Shown: one piece after another, positions 49,414-57,487 of the stretch | How positions within the stretch are numbered: the first letter of the stretch is position 1 | Layout: each line of letters opens with the position of its first letter | Assembly: GCA_019309485.1 (NCBI GenBank) | Contig: JAFDGC010000003.1 | Coordinates: forward strand, 6,851 to 70,850 | Reading direction: 5' to 3' | DNA length: 64,000 bases | Source of the DNA: Deltaproteobacteria bacterium | Lineage (GTDB): Bacteria; Desulfobacterota; Desulfobacteria; Desulfobacterales; UBA2156 | Notes under the pieces: model-generated | The model's database searches: none | What the model saw: the letters and a program-made list of their open reading frames with translations, nothing else | Told to the model about the DNA's origin: nothing | Position numbers and translations under genes: made by a program

Positions 49414-50568
49414 ATGGAAATGGCAGATACGTACCGTATTGAGCCTGACATGAACTTCATCAAAGAGGTCGGCAAGCTGGGGGGCCAGGACCTGAAAAAA
49501 TGCTTTCAGTGCGCCACCTGCTCCGTGGCCTGCCCCATCTCCCCGGACACGAAGCCCTTCCCCCGGAAAGAGATGATCGCCGCTTCGTGGGGACTCAAGG
49601 ACAAGCTGGTGGGAAACGCCGACATCTGGTTGTGCCACAATTGCGGGGACTGTTCCACCCTGTGCCCCCGGGGGGCCAAGCCCGGGGATGCGCTGGCCGC
49701 CATCCGATCCTATACCATCATGGAATACGCCACGCCCAAGGCATTGGCCAAGGCGGTCCGGGACCCGAAGATGCTCCCCGTTTTATTCGCCGTCCCCGCC
49801 GCCATCTTTCTGGTGGTGGGGCTGGTCCTGAAGCTGTTCGGCATTCACTGGCTCAATTTCGGGATTGAAGAAGACTTTGTCTGGCAGGCCCAGTATATCA
49901 ACAACTACCTGGTGGATGTCATCATGATTCCCACCGCGGCCTTCGCGGTAGGCGTTTTCGCCCTCGGACTGAAGCGGTTTCTGGGGGATATCCATCAAAA
50001 CGCCGTGGTCGAAGGGAAGACCGACAAAGAAAAAATCGATCCCGTGGGTTTCATCAAGGCCCTGGGAAGAGTGATCCCTTCGATTTTAAAGCATGAAAAG
50101 TTCAACGACTGCACGGAAAACCGGGAGCGGTCCACCTCTCATATGATGGTCCTTTTCGGCTTTATCGGTCTTCTCATCGTGACCGGCTGTTTCTTCACTG
50201 CCGAGTGGGTCTTCCATATCGAAGGACCCTACTCCCAGATCAACCCGATAAAATGGCTGGGCAACGCCGGCGGCGTCGCCCTGATCATCGGATCCCTGTT
50301 GTTGATCAAAAACCGCCTTGCGAAAAAAGACCAGGTCTCCAATTACTGGGATTGGTACCTGGTGGGATTGGTTTTGGCCCTGGGCGCCACCGGGCTGCTC
50401 ACGGAGATGACCCGCCTGGGAGGGCTGGCCGGACTCTCGGTCTTTTTGTACATCATCCACCTGATGCTGGTGTGGTGTCTGTTCGCCTACACGCCCTTTT
50501 CAAAACTCGCCCACCTTGTCTATCGCACCGTGGCCATGGCGTACAACGAGTATGCCGGGCGGAAATAG
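49414..50568 (+). CDS. qmoC: QmoC (HdrC-like Fe-S domain fused to HdrE/NarI-like membrane heme b domain)
   Basis: CFQCATCSVACP and CHNCGDCSTLCP, followed by about six TM helices. Confidence 0.88.
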   Translation: MEMADTYRIEPDMNFIKEVGKLGGQDLKKCFQCATCSVACPISPDTKPFPRKEMIAASWGLKDKLVGNADIWLCHNCGDCSTLCPRGAKPGDALAAIRSYTIMEYATPKALAKAVRDPKMLPVLFAVPAAIFLVVGLVLKLFGIHWLNFGIEEDFVWQAQYINNYLVDVIMIPTAAFAVGVFALGLKRFLGDIHQNAVVEGKTDKEKIDPVGFIKALGRVIPSILKHEKFNDCTENRERSTSHMMVLFGFIGLLIVTGCFFTAEWVFHIEGPYSQINPIKWLGNAGGVALIIGSLLLIKNRLAKKDQVSNYWDWYLVGLVLALGATGLLTEMTRLGGLAGLSVFLYIIHLMLVWCLFAYTPFSKLAHLVYRTVAMAYNEYAGRK

Positions 50569-50586
50569 GCACCGGCCCGAAGACGC

Positions 50587-50620
50587 AAAAAAAGGAGGCC
50601 TTTCGGCCTCCTTTTTCTTT
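50587..50620. terminator. bidirectional intrinsic terminator between convergent qmoC and sat
   Basis: An A-run, then GGAGGCC-tttc-GGCCTCC, then a T-run. It reads as hairpin plus U-tract on both strands. Confidence 0.8.
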
Positions 50621-50678
50621 TTGGCCGCGGCATTTCACATTTCAGCTGCAGCCCTTTTTTATCAGGGTGGGATCTTTT

Positions 50679-51953
50679 TTATTGACCGGTGGCGGCCCCG
50701 TGGAGCTTGATCTCCACTTTTTCGGTTAATCCCTGATAATATTCGCGCAGGATTTCGAGGACCTCATCGCGTCCGAAGTGATCGGGGATCTCACCCCCTT
50801 CGGAGAGGAGTTTCCTCAGCATGGTCCCGGAAAGGAGGACGCGGTCTTCTTTTCCGTGGGGGCAGGTCCTCAGAGAGGCCATGCCGTCGCACTTATGGCA
50901 ATAAAAAGTCCAGTCGATCTTGAGCGGGGTGCACAACAGGGCCTTGCCCGGCTCCGCGGGCTTGGGGATCTTGTCGAAGATGGTCTGGGCTTCGAACATG
51001 CCGTAGAAATCCCCCACACCCGCGTGATCCCGTCCGATGATCATCCGGGAACATCCGTAGTTCTGCCGGAAGGTGGCATGGAGCAGGGCTTCCCGGGGTC
51101 CGGCGTAGCGCATGTCGAGTGGATAGCCGCCCTGGAGTACGAATTTTTCAACAAAATAATTTTTCACCAACGCGTCGATGCATTTGACGCGCACCTTCGC
51201 GGGGATGTCGCCGGGCTTCAGGTTCCCCACCAGGGAGTGGATGAAGACCCCGTCGCAGACCTCCACGGCGATCTTGCACAGGTATTCATGGCTGCGGTGC
51301 ATGGGGTTTCGCAGCTGCAAGGCAGCGATTTCACTCCATCCCCGTTCCTCGAAGATCTTTCGGGACTCGGCGGGGCGCATGTAAATACCGGCATAGCGGG
51401 TGGGGTATTCCCCTTCGCTCAAGACCTTCACCGGGCCGGCCAGGTTATACCCTTTTTGCTTCATGACCATCTGGACCCCGGGATGATCCTCTTCGGCGAC
51501 CTTCCAGAATTCCTCCGTTGTTTTCGTCCCTTCCCCCATGAAGATCTTCTCGCATTCGTACCGCTTTTCAGCCTCGGTCATGGCGTACTTTTCCGTGACC
51601 TTCATGGTGGCCATGATTTCCTGGCCCTCGGGATCGAACAAGGCGATCTCCTGTCCGACTTCAACGGCGTCGGCATCCTCCTTGGAGACGTCCAGGGTGA
51701 CCGGAACCGGCCAGAAAGTGCCGTCGCTCAACAAAAAGTCGTCGCAAACGCCCTTCCAATCGGCTTTGGTCATGAAACCCGTCAGCGGGCTGAATCCGCC
51801 GATCCCGATCATGATCAAATCCCCTTTGACCCGGGGGGAAATGGGCACCTGTTTGAGTCCCTTGGCCTTTTCCTTTTCCGCCGCAAGTTCCGCGCCTTCA
51901 AGCAGACAAACGGTAAGCCCCTTGCCGCCGTGTGGTGGAATAAGTGTCGACAT
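50679..51953 (-). CDS. sat: sulfate adenylyltransferase (ATP sulfurylase)
   Basis: [13 protein letters not shown] begins at the ATG at 51953, after the SD AGGAGAGG. Also [13 protein letters not shown] and GRDHAGVG. Confidence 0.95.
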   Translation of the reverse strand: MSTLIPPHGGKGLTVCLLEGAELAAEKEKAKGLKQVPISPRVKGDLIMIGIGGFSPLTGFMTKADWKGVCDDFLLSDGTFWPVPVTLDVSKEDADAVEVGQEIALFDPEGQEIMATMKVTEKYAMTEAEKRYECEKIFMGEGTKTTEEFWKVAEEDHPGVQMVMKQKGYNLAGPVKVLSEGEYPTRYAGIYMRPAESRKIFEERGWSEIAALQLRNPMHRSHEYLCKIAVEVCDGVFIHSLVGNLKPGDIPAKVRVKCIDALVKNYFVEKFVLQGGYPLDMRYAGPREALLHATFRQNYGCSRMIIGRDHAGVGDFYGMFEAQTIFDKIPKPAEPGKALLCTPLKIDWTFYCHKCDGMASLRTCPHGKEDRVLLSGTMLRKLLSEGGEIPDHFGRDEVLEILREYYQGLTEKVEIKLHGAATGQ

Positions 51954-52033
51954 TTCTTTTCCTCTCCTTTCGATAGTGTTTTTCTCTTGATCTGCGTGCA
52001 CAGATAAAGTCATTTTATTGGTTTAAGCGATTT

Positions 52034-52062
52034 TATGTATTGGGAAAAAAATCCCTTGTCAA
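52034..52062 (-). promoter_or_regulatory. candidate sigma70 promoter of sat
   Basis: On the minus strand, TTGACA (52057-52062), a 17-nt spacer, then TACATA (52034-52039). The extended -35 CTTGACAAG is identical to that of the aprB candidate promoter. Confidence 0.4.
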
Positions 52063-52212
52063 GACTTAATCCCATCTGACCGAAAAGATGCATGTGTTTA
52101 TTTGAAAACATCCCGATTTCATTTGACACGACCAAACACGGTTGGTAAGTTAAATAATTGGTTTCGGCTATGATACGCATTTTCGAAACCTTTTTTAAAG
52201 GCACACGTTTTC

Positions 52213-53691
52213 ATGAATGTCCTGCTCGTCAATCCAGCGGTTCCAAACACCTTCTGGAGTTTCGCCTTTGCGTTGCCCTTTATCCGTAAAAAATCCGCCT
52301 ATCCGCCGTTGGGATTGTTGACCGTGGCGGCCATGTTGCCGGAAGAATGGCCCAAGCGCGTGGTGGATCTCAATGTGGAAAAACTCACCGAAGAGGATCT
52401 GGACTGGGCGGACACCGTTTTTATAGGAGGGATGGTCATCCAGCGTCGATCCGCCCAACAGGTCATTTCCCGGTGCAAAGAAAAAAAACTCAAAATCGTT
52501 GCCGGCGGACCGCTGTTCACCTGTGAACCGGACGTCTTTGACGAGGTGGACCACATGGTCCTTGACGAAGCCGAGATCACCCTGCCGGCCTTCCTCGAGG
52601 ATTTAAGCGCGGGCCTTCCGAAAAAAATTTATCGGGCCCACGGCCACTGCGATTTGCGTCAGACCCCCATCCCCTTGTGGCATTTGATCCGGATGGACAA
52701 ATACGCCTCCATGAGCCTCCAGTTTTCCAGAGGATGCCCCTTCAACTGTGATTTTTGCAACGTCACCGTCTTGTTCGGCCACCGGCCCCGGATAAAATCC
52801 GCACAGCAGGTGGTCGCGGAGCTGGATGCCATTTATGAGGCCGGATGGCGTTCCAATATCTTTTTTGTGGACGATAATTTCATCGGCAACAAAAGATACC
52901 TGAAAACCGAACTGTTGCCAGCGTTGATCGAGTGGCGGAAAGGGAAAAAAGGGTGTGTTTTTTTTACGGAAGCATCCATCAACCTGGCCGATGACCCGGA
53001 GCTGATGCACCTGATGGTGAAAGCCGGTTTCGACTCCGTCTTTATCGGGATCGAATCCCCGGATGAAGCCTCCTTGACGGAGTGCTTGAAAAGTCAGAAT
53101 AAAAACCGGGATCTTCTGGAAAGTGTCCGGACCATCCACCGATCCGGTCTTCAGGTCCAGGGCGGATTCATCGTGGGCTTCGACAGCGACACCCAATCCA
53201 CATTCCAGCGACAGATCGAATTCATCCAGAAAAGCGGGATCGTCACGGCCATGGTGGGACTCCTTCAGGCCCCCCCGGGGACCCGCCTCTTCGATCGGCT
53301 CAACCGGGAAAACCGTCTGGCGGGCACTTTTTCAGGAGACAACGTGGACGGGAGCACCAACATCATCCCCAAGATGGGACTGGATACGCTCTTACAGGGA
53401 TATCGGTCCATCATGCGCCATATATATTCTCCCCGGAACTTTTACCGGCGCATCCGGACGTTTCTAAAAGAGTTCAAGGCGCCGGAAGTCCGTTCCCCTC
53501 TGGATTTCCAGAGGTTGTGCGCTTTTTTTCGGGCGGCGGTGCGGCTCGGAATATTGGGCAAAGAGCGGTTTCAATACTGGTATCTCGTTTTCTGGACCCT
53601 GATCCGGCGCCCCCGCCTCTTTCCGCTGGCCATCACCCTTTCCATCTACGGCCATCATTTCCGGAAAATCTACGAACTCCACATCCGGTAA
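52213..53691 (+). CDS. B12-binding domain-containing radical SAM protein (DUF4070-type C-terminus)
   Basis: N-terminal B12-binding-like domain (PPLGLLTVAAML) and the radical SAM cluster SRGCPFNCDFCNV; 492 aa. Confidence 0.85.
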   Translation: MNVLLVNPAVPNTFWSFAFALPFIRKKSAYPPLGLLTVAAMLPEEWPKRVVDLNVEKLTEEDLDWADTVFIGGMVIQRRSAQQVISRCKEKKLKIVAGGPLFTCEPDVFDEVDHMVLDEAEITLPAFLEDLSAGLPKKIYRAHGHCDLRQTPIPLWHLIRMDKYASMSLQFSRGCPFNCDFCNVTVLFGHRPRIKSAQQVVAELDAIYEAGWRSNIFFVDDNFIGNKRYLKTELLPALIEWRKGKKGCVFFTEASINLADDPELMHLMVKAGFDSVFIGIESPDEASLTECLKSQNKNRDLLESVRTIHRSGLQVQGGFIVGFDSDTQSTFQRQIEFIQKSGIVTAMVGLLQAPPGTRLFDRLNRENRLAGTFSGDNVDGSTNIIPKMGLDTLLQGYRSIMRHIYSPRNFYRRIRTFLKEFKAPEVRSPLDFQRLCAFFRAAVRLGILGKERFQYWYLVFWTLIRRPRLFPLAITLSIYGHHFRKIYELHIR

Positions 53692-53723
53692 TCTCTTCCA
53701 AGTCACTTCAACGTGTTTTTTTC

Positions 53724-53759
53724 GATACCGATCCCGATTTCGACGCCGATCCCGATTTT
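53724..53759. repeat. 2 x 18-nt tandem repeat
   Basis: GATACCGATCCCGATTTC / GACGCCGATCCCGATTTT; the core CCGATCCCGATTT is identical at 53728-53740 and 53746-53758. Confidence 0.85.
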
Positions 53760-53791
53760 GATAAACTCTGTACTTTTAATGTTCTTGTAAC

Positions 53792-53840
53792 CTCGACCCC
53801 TTGACCCCTCGACCCCTCGACCCCTTGACCCCTCGGACCC
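53792..53840. repeat. 6 x octamer tandem repeat CTYGACCC (G-quadruplex motif on the minus strand)
   Basis: ctcgaccc cttgaccc ctcgaccc ctcgaccc cttgaccc ctcggaccc. The minus strand carries five GGGG runs and one GGG run with 4-5-nt spacers. Confidence 0.9.
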
Positions 53841-53914
53841 TTTTTCCTTTCAAGCACCCTCAACACGTTGCTTTATGATCAATCCTCGCCAAAGGCGGGA
53901 TGCGGCGCTGACAA

Positions 53915-54763
53915 TCAAGTACCCCTTTCGGGGGATTCCCCCCAGACCCGCCTGGAGCGTTCAATCTTTTTTTTCACCGTTTGCCAGGTCTTTTGCGTCA
54001 AAAAAGAGGATTCCCACCGGCGGATCATCTCCGCGAACATGGGAAACGGCACCGTGAAAGACAATTCGTCGGTCTTGAAAAACTTGCGCGCCGAGGGATC
54101 CCAGCCCCCCACCACGGCCTTGGTCTTCCCTTTCTCCCTGTAGTGTAAGGGCCAGGCCACCAGGCTCCCGCAGGCCGCACTCCATGGAGAACAGACCGCC
54201 TCCGGATCGTTGGTGACGAATGCCGCCAGTTGATGAAGGCCGCAAAGCGTTTCGGGACGGGCGAAAAAACTCACGAGTTCCGGCGTTTCAGTATCTGAAA
54301 AAAAAGACAGCGGCTGTATGACACAATACGGTTTCGGGGCCGGCCGGGGATCCACATCATCGAAAATCCTCCTCAGCGCCTCGGGGGAGTCACAGTAAAG
54401 CTCCCCTTCCATCCGTCCGGGCACGCCGGTGCTGACATAATGGATGATGGTCTCCGTCTGGGGTTTCAAAAAGCCCATCCAGAACGCCCCGCCCGGGCAG
54501 CCGAACTGTTCGGCGGAAAAGGCGGCCGGAACCTGCTTTTTCCGCGCCCGCCAAAGCACACCCATGACACAGGAAAACCCGCCGAAAACCGCCTGCCAGT
54601 CGATGGCGTTTTGCATCTCCTTTTCCCGGGTCGGCAAATCCAGGGGTTTGGGGGAAAGGCTTTCCCCCGGTTTTTCATCGGAAAAAACGATCCCCATGGG
54701 TTCTTCGTCCAGGCCCAAAACCTCGAGAAAAGCGGGAACGGCATCCTTGAATCCAGCGTCCAT
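53915..54763 (-). CDS. DUF169-like protein (family assignment tentative)
   Basis: 282 aa: MDAGFKDAVPAFLEVLGLDEEPMGIVFSD...FGGFSCVMGVLWRARK...FGCPGGAFWMGF. The start follows the SD GAGGAGG. Confidence 0.45.
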   Translation of the reverse strand: MDAGFKDAVPAFLEVLGLDEEPMGIVFSDEKPGESLSPKPLDLPTREKEMQNAIDWQAVFGGFSCVMGVLWRARKKQVPAAFSAEQFGCPGGAFWMGFLKPQTETIIHYVSTGVPGRMEGELYCDSPEALRRIFDDVDPRPAPKPYCVIQPLSFFSDTETPELVSFFARPETLCGLHQLAAFVTNDPEAVCSPWSAACGSLVAWPLHYREKGKTKAVVGGWDPSARKFFKTDELSFTVPFPMFAEMIRRWESSFLTQKTWQTVKKKIERSRRVWGESPERGT

Positions 54764-54844
54764 GCAGCCTCCTCTTTTACGATTTCATCCGGTTTTACCG
54801 TCGTGAAAATGAAATTGCAATGCCCGGGAAAAACAATTCGCCCC

Positions 54845-56179
54845 CTATAATTCCTCCAGGAAACGGGTGTGCAGACGCCCCTGAATGAAATCCGGGTGAT
54901 CCAAAATCTTTGCGTGGAAGGAGACGGTGTTTTTAATCCCTTTGGTGCGCACCTCGAACAAGGCCCGCCGCATCCGAGAAATGGCCGAGGGGCGGTCCTT
55001 GCCCCAGGCGATTACCTTGCATATCAGGGAATCATAAAAGGGCGGGACCGTGTATCCCGGATACAGGTGCGTGTCCACCCGGATCCCGGCCCCCCCCGGA
55101 AGTACCAGTTCCTCCACCGTTCCCGGGGACGGCATGAACCCGTCATCGGGATCTTCGGCATTGATCCGGCATTCCAGGGCCCACCCGTGGGGTCGGATCT
55201 TTTCCTGGGAAAGCAAAAGCGCCTCTCCGGATGCGATGCGGATCTGCCGGCAGACCAGGTCGATGCCTGTGGTCATCTCGGTCACCGGATGCTCCACCTG
55301 GATCCGGGCGTTCATCTCCATGAAGTAAAAGGCACCGTCCGGTGCGACGAGGAACTCCACGGTCCCGGCATTGGTGTATCCCAGGAATCGAACAACGGCA
55401 AGGGCCGTGTCCCCCATTTTTTCCCGAAGTGCGGCATCCACGAAAGGAGAAGGGGCCTCCTCCATGAGTTTCTGGTGCCGTTTCTGGATGCTGCATTCCC
55501 GTTCCCCCAGATGAACGGCGTTTCCGAAGTGATCGGAAAGGACCTGGACTTCGATATGGCGCGATTTTTCTATGTATTTTTCCAGATAAAGCTCCGGGAG
55601 ATCGAAGGCGGCCTTGGCCTCTCCCGCGGCTACCGGGAAGACCTCCGACAGCGATTTTGCGTCCCGGGCGATCCGCATCCCCTTCCCGCCGCCGCCGCCG
55701 GACGCCTTCAGGATGACCGGATACCCCACATTTTCGGCGGCGTCCAGCGCGTGTGCCACCGTTGCCACGGGGCCTTCGGATCCCGGAATCACCGGGACCC
55801 CCTTTTTTATGAGGTGCTTCCGGGCCTTGGCCTTGTTCCCTGCCAGTGCCATGCACGCGGGGCTCGGGCCGATGAAGGCGATGCCGGCGTCTTCGCATGC
55901 GCGGGCGAATTCCGGGTTTTCCGCCAAAAAGCCGTATCCCGGATGGACGGCGTCCGCACGGCTTTTCCGAGACGCCTCCAGGAGGGCGTCCATGTTGAGA
56001 TAGCTTTTGCGGCTGAGGGCCGGCCCGATGGGAACGGCTTCATCGGCCAACCGCACATGCAAGGACCCCTGATCGGCGTCCGAATAGACAGCCACGGCAC
56101 GGACACCCAGGTCCCGGCAGGCCCGAATCACCCGCAGCGCGATCTCTCCCCGATTGGCGATTAGAATTTTTCGAAACAC
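54845..56179 (-). CDS. accC: biotin carboxylase (AccC-type ATP-grasp)
   Basis: MFRKILIANRGEIALRVIRACRDLG, GGGGKGMRIA and EMNARIQVEHPVTE. Confidence 0.93.
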   Translation of the reverse strand: MFRKILIANRGEIALRVIRACRDLGVRAVAVYSDADQGSLHVRLADEAVPIGPALSRKSYLNMDALLEASRKSRADAVHPGYGFLAENPEFARACEDAGIAFIGPSPACMALAGNKAKARKHLIKKGVPVIPGSEGPVATVAHALDAAENVGYPVILKASGGGGGKGMRIARDAKSLSEVFPVAAGEAKAAFDLPELYLEKYIEKSRHIEVQVLSDHFGNAVHLGERECSIQKRHQKLMEEAPSPFVDAALREKMGDTALAVVRFLGYTNAGTVEFLVAPDGAFYFMEMNARIQVEHPVTEMTTGIDLVCRQIRIASGEALLLSQEKIRPHGWALECRINAEDPDDGFMPSPGTVEELVLPGGAGIRVDTHLYPGYTVPPFYDSLICKVIAWGKDRPSAISRMRRALFEVRTKGIKNTVSFHAKILDHPDFIQGRLHTRFLEEL

Positions 56180-56204
56180 GATGATTCGGTCTTTTTCGAT
56201 CCCG

Positions 56205-56456
56205 TCAGTCGATTTCGATTTCCATGAGGTCCTGGTTTTTCATCACCAGTTCCTCGTTTTCCACCAATATCCGTTTCACCACACCGGGCCGCCCGGCCCG
56301 AAGCTCCGTGAAGACCTTCATGGATTCGATGATGCAGACCACGTCCGATGCATTCACCCGTTGACCTTGTTCCACAAACGGTTTTTCATCCGGAGAAGGG
56401 GTGCGGTAAAAGGTGCCCATCAGCGGGGATTTCACGACATGCGTTTCAGCGGTCAT
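56205..56456 (-). CDS. short biotin carboxyl carrier protein (biotinyl domain only, 83 aa)
   Basis: SPLMGTFYRTPSPDEKPFVEQGQRVNASDVVCIIESMKVFTEL has the (E)xMK biotinylation motif. The ATG at 56456 is preferred, and there is no N-terminal or linker region as in housekeeping AccB. Confidence 0.8.
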   Translation of the reverse strand: MTAETHVVKSPLMGTFYRTPSPDEKPFVEQGQRVNASDVVCIIESMKVFTELRAGRPGVVKRILVENEELVMKNQDLMEIEID

Positions 56457-56667
56457 CCGGTATCCTTTCCTGCTTGCGTGCAGCATTATCGAGCAACCTT
56501 GATGGCTTCGCAAAAAGGCCATCTGCGGCGTTGCGCGGCATCCTTCGTCGTTGCGGCGTATCTATAAGTATGCCTCATTCTGAAGGATTTGCGCGCCTTG
56601 CATCTGGCGCTTTTTACTTTGCCATTCCGAATTGGACTTTCTACGATTTCATCGAGTTTGATGGAAA

Positions 56668-56708
56668 AATATACTTGACATATATTTTTTAAATATGTCA
56701 AGTATATT
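56668..56708. promoter_or_regulatory. 41-nt near-perfect palindrome, candidate operator of the adjacent GntR regulator
   Basis: AATATACTTGACATAT (56668-56683) pairs 16/16 with ATATGTCAAGTATATT (56693-56708) across a 9-nt AT spacer, 33 nt upstream of the gntR GTG. Confidence 0.55.
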
Positions 56709-56752
56709 ATAAAAGACACGCCACCAACGGAAACGACGCCGTGAAAGGATCC

Positions 56753-57445
56753 ATGAAAGCGATTTCCGAAAAACCAGGAAACCGGCAGCCCCTCGGTGTC
56801 GTCGCCTACGAAAAGATCCAGCAAAAGATCATCACCCTCGATTACAAGCCCGGCCAGAGCCTTGAAGAGAGAGAACTCATGGAACACCTGGGCATGGGTC
56901 GCACCCCCATCCGGGAAGCGTTGTTGCGGTTGACCGGAGAAAAATTCGTGGAATCCAAGCCCAGCAAGGGGTTTATGGTCCGGCCCATCACCCTTGAAAA
57001 CACCCGCGCGGTTTTCGAGGCCATGAAAGTGCTGGAAACCGGAGCGGTGAAGCCGGCACTCCGGCAGGACGTCTCCTCCATTTTGCCCCGAATGAAAAAG
57101 GCCAATACCGTCATGGAAGCGGCCGTGGAAAGGGGAGACCCGTTGCGTCTCGTGGAAGCCAATCATGAATTTCACCTGTATTTCGCCCAATGCACCTTCA
57201 ACACCTATCTCGCCCGGTATATCGGTGAAGTGCGCACCGAGGCCAAACGTCTTTCCTACTTGTCTTATGCCAATGATATCGAACCGGATCGGTCCCTGAA
57301 AACCCATTACGAGTCCGTATTAAAGGAGCACGAGGCCATCATCCGGCTTTTGGAAAAAAGGGATGAACACGCCCTGGTCGACGTGCTCGTGGAACATATC
57401 CAGGCATTTCAACACCGGATTTTTCTTTTTTTCATGCGTACCTGA
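56753..57445 (+). CDS. GntR-family transcriptional regulator (FadR/FCD subfamily)
   Basis: The wHTH LEERELMEHLGMGRTPIREALLRL plus a helical FCD-like C-terminal domain. An alternative GTG start is at 56741. Confidence 0.88.
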   Translation: MKAISEKPGNRQPLGVVAYEKIQQKIITLDYKPGQSLEERELMEHLGMGRTPIREALLRLTGEKFVESKPSKGFMVRPITLENTRAVFEAMKVLETGAVKPALRQDVSSILPRMKKANTVMEAAVERGDPLRLVEANHEFHLYFAQCTFNTYLARYIGEVRTEAKRLSYLSYANDIEPDRSLKTHYESVLKEHEAIIRLLEKRDEHALVDVLVEHIQAFQHRIFLFFMRT

Positions 57446-57487
57446 TTCCATTTCAACCCACAACCCAAAGCATACAAGGAGGAAAAA

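Noticed and set aside
45750-50568. Selenocysteine (in-frame TGA) recoding in the HdrA-like QmoA and QmoB subunits.
   Set aside because: All three qmo ORFs are uninterrupted and full length, and I saw no split ORF pairs or SECIS-like hairpins after a TGA.
53517-53804. ORF whose tail reads FFDTDPDFDADPDFDKLCTFNVLVTSTP just after a radical SAM gene, considered as a possible RiPP precursor peptide.
   Set aside because: After the radical SAM stop (53691) there is no in-frame ATG, GTG or TTG and no SD. The only start is 170 nt inside the radical SAM gene in another frame. The repetitive peptide simply mirrors the 18-nt DNA tandem repeat.
53792-53840. The tandem repeats considered as a CRISPR array.
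   Set aside because: The units are 8 nt and directly abutting with no spacers, there are no cas genes in the window, and the 11.4-kb and 40.5-kb palindromes are single units, not arrays.
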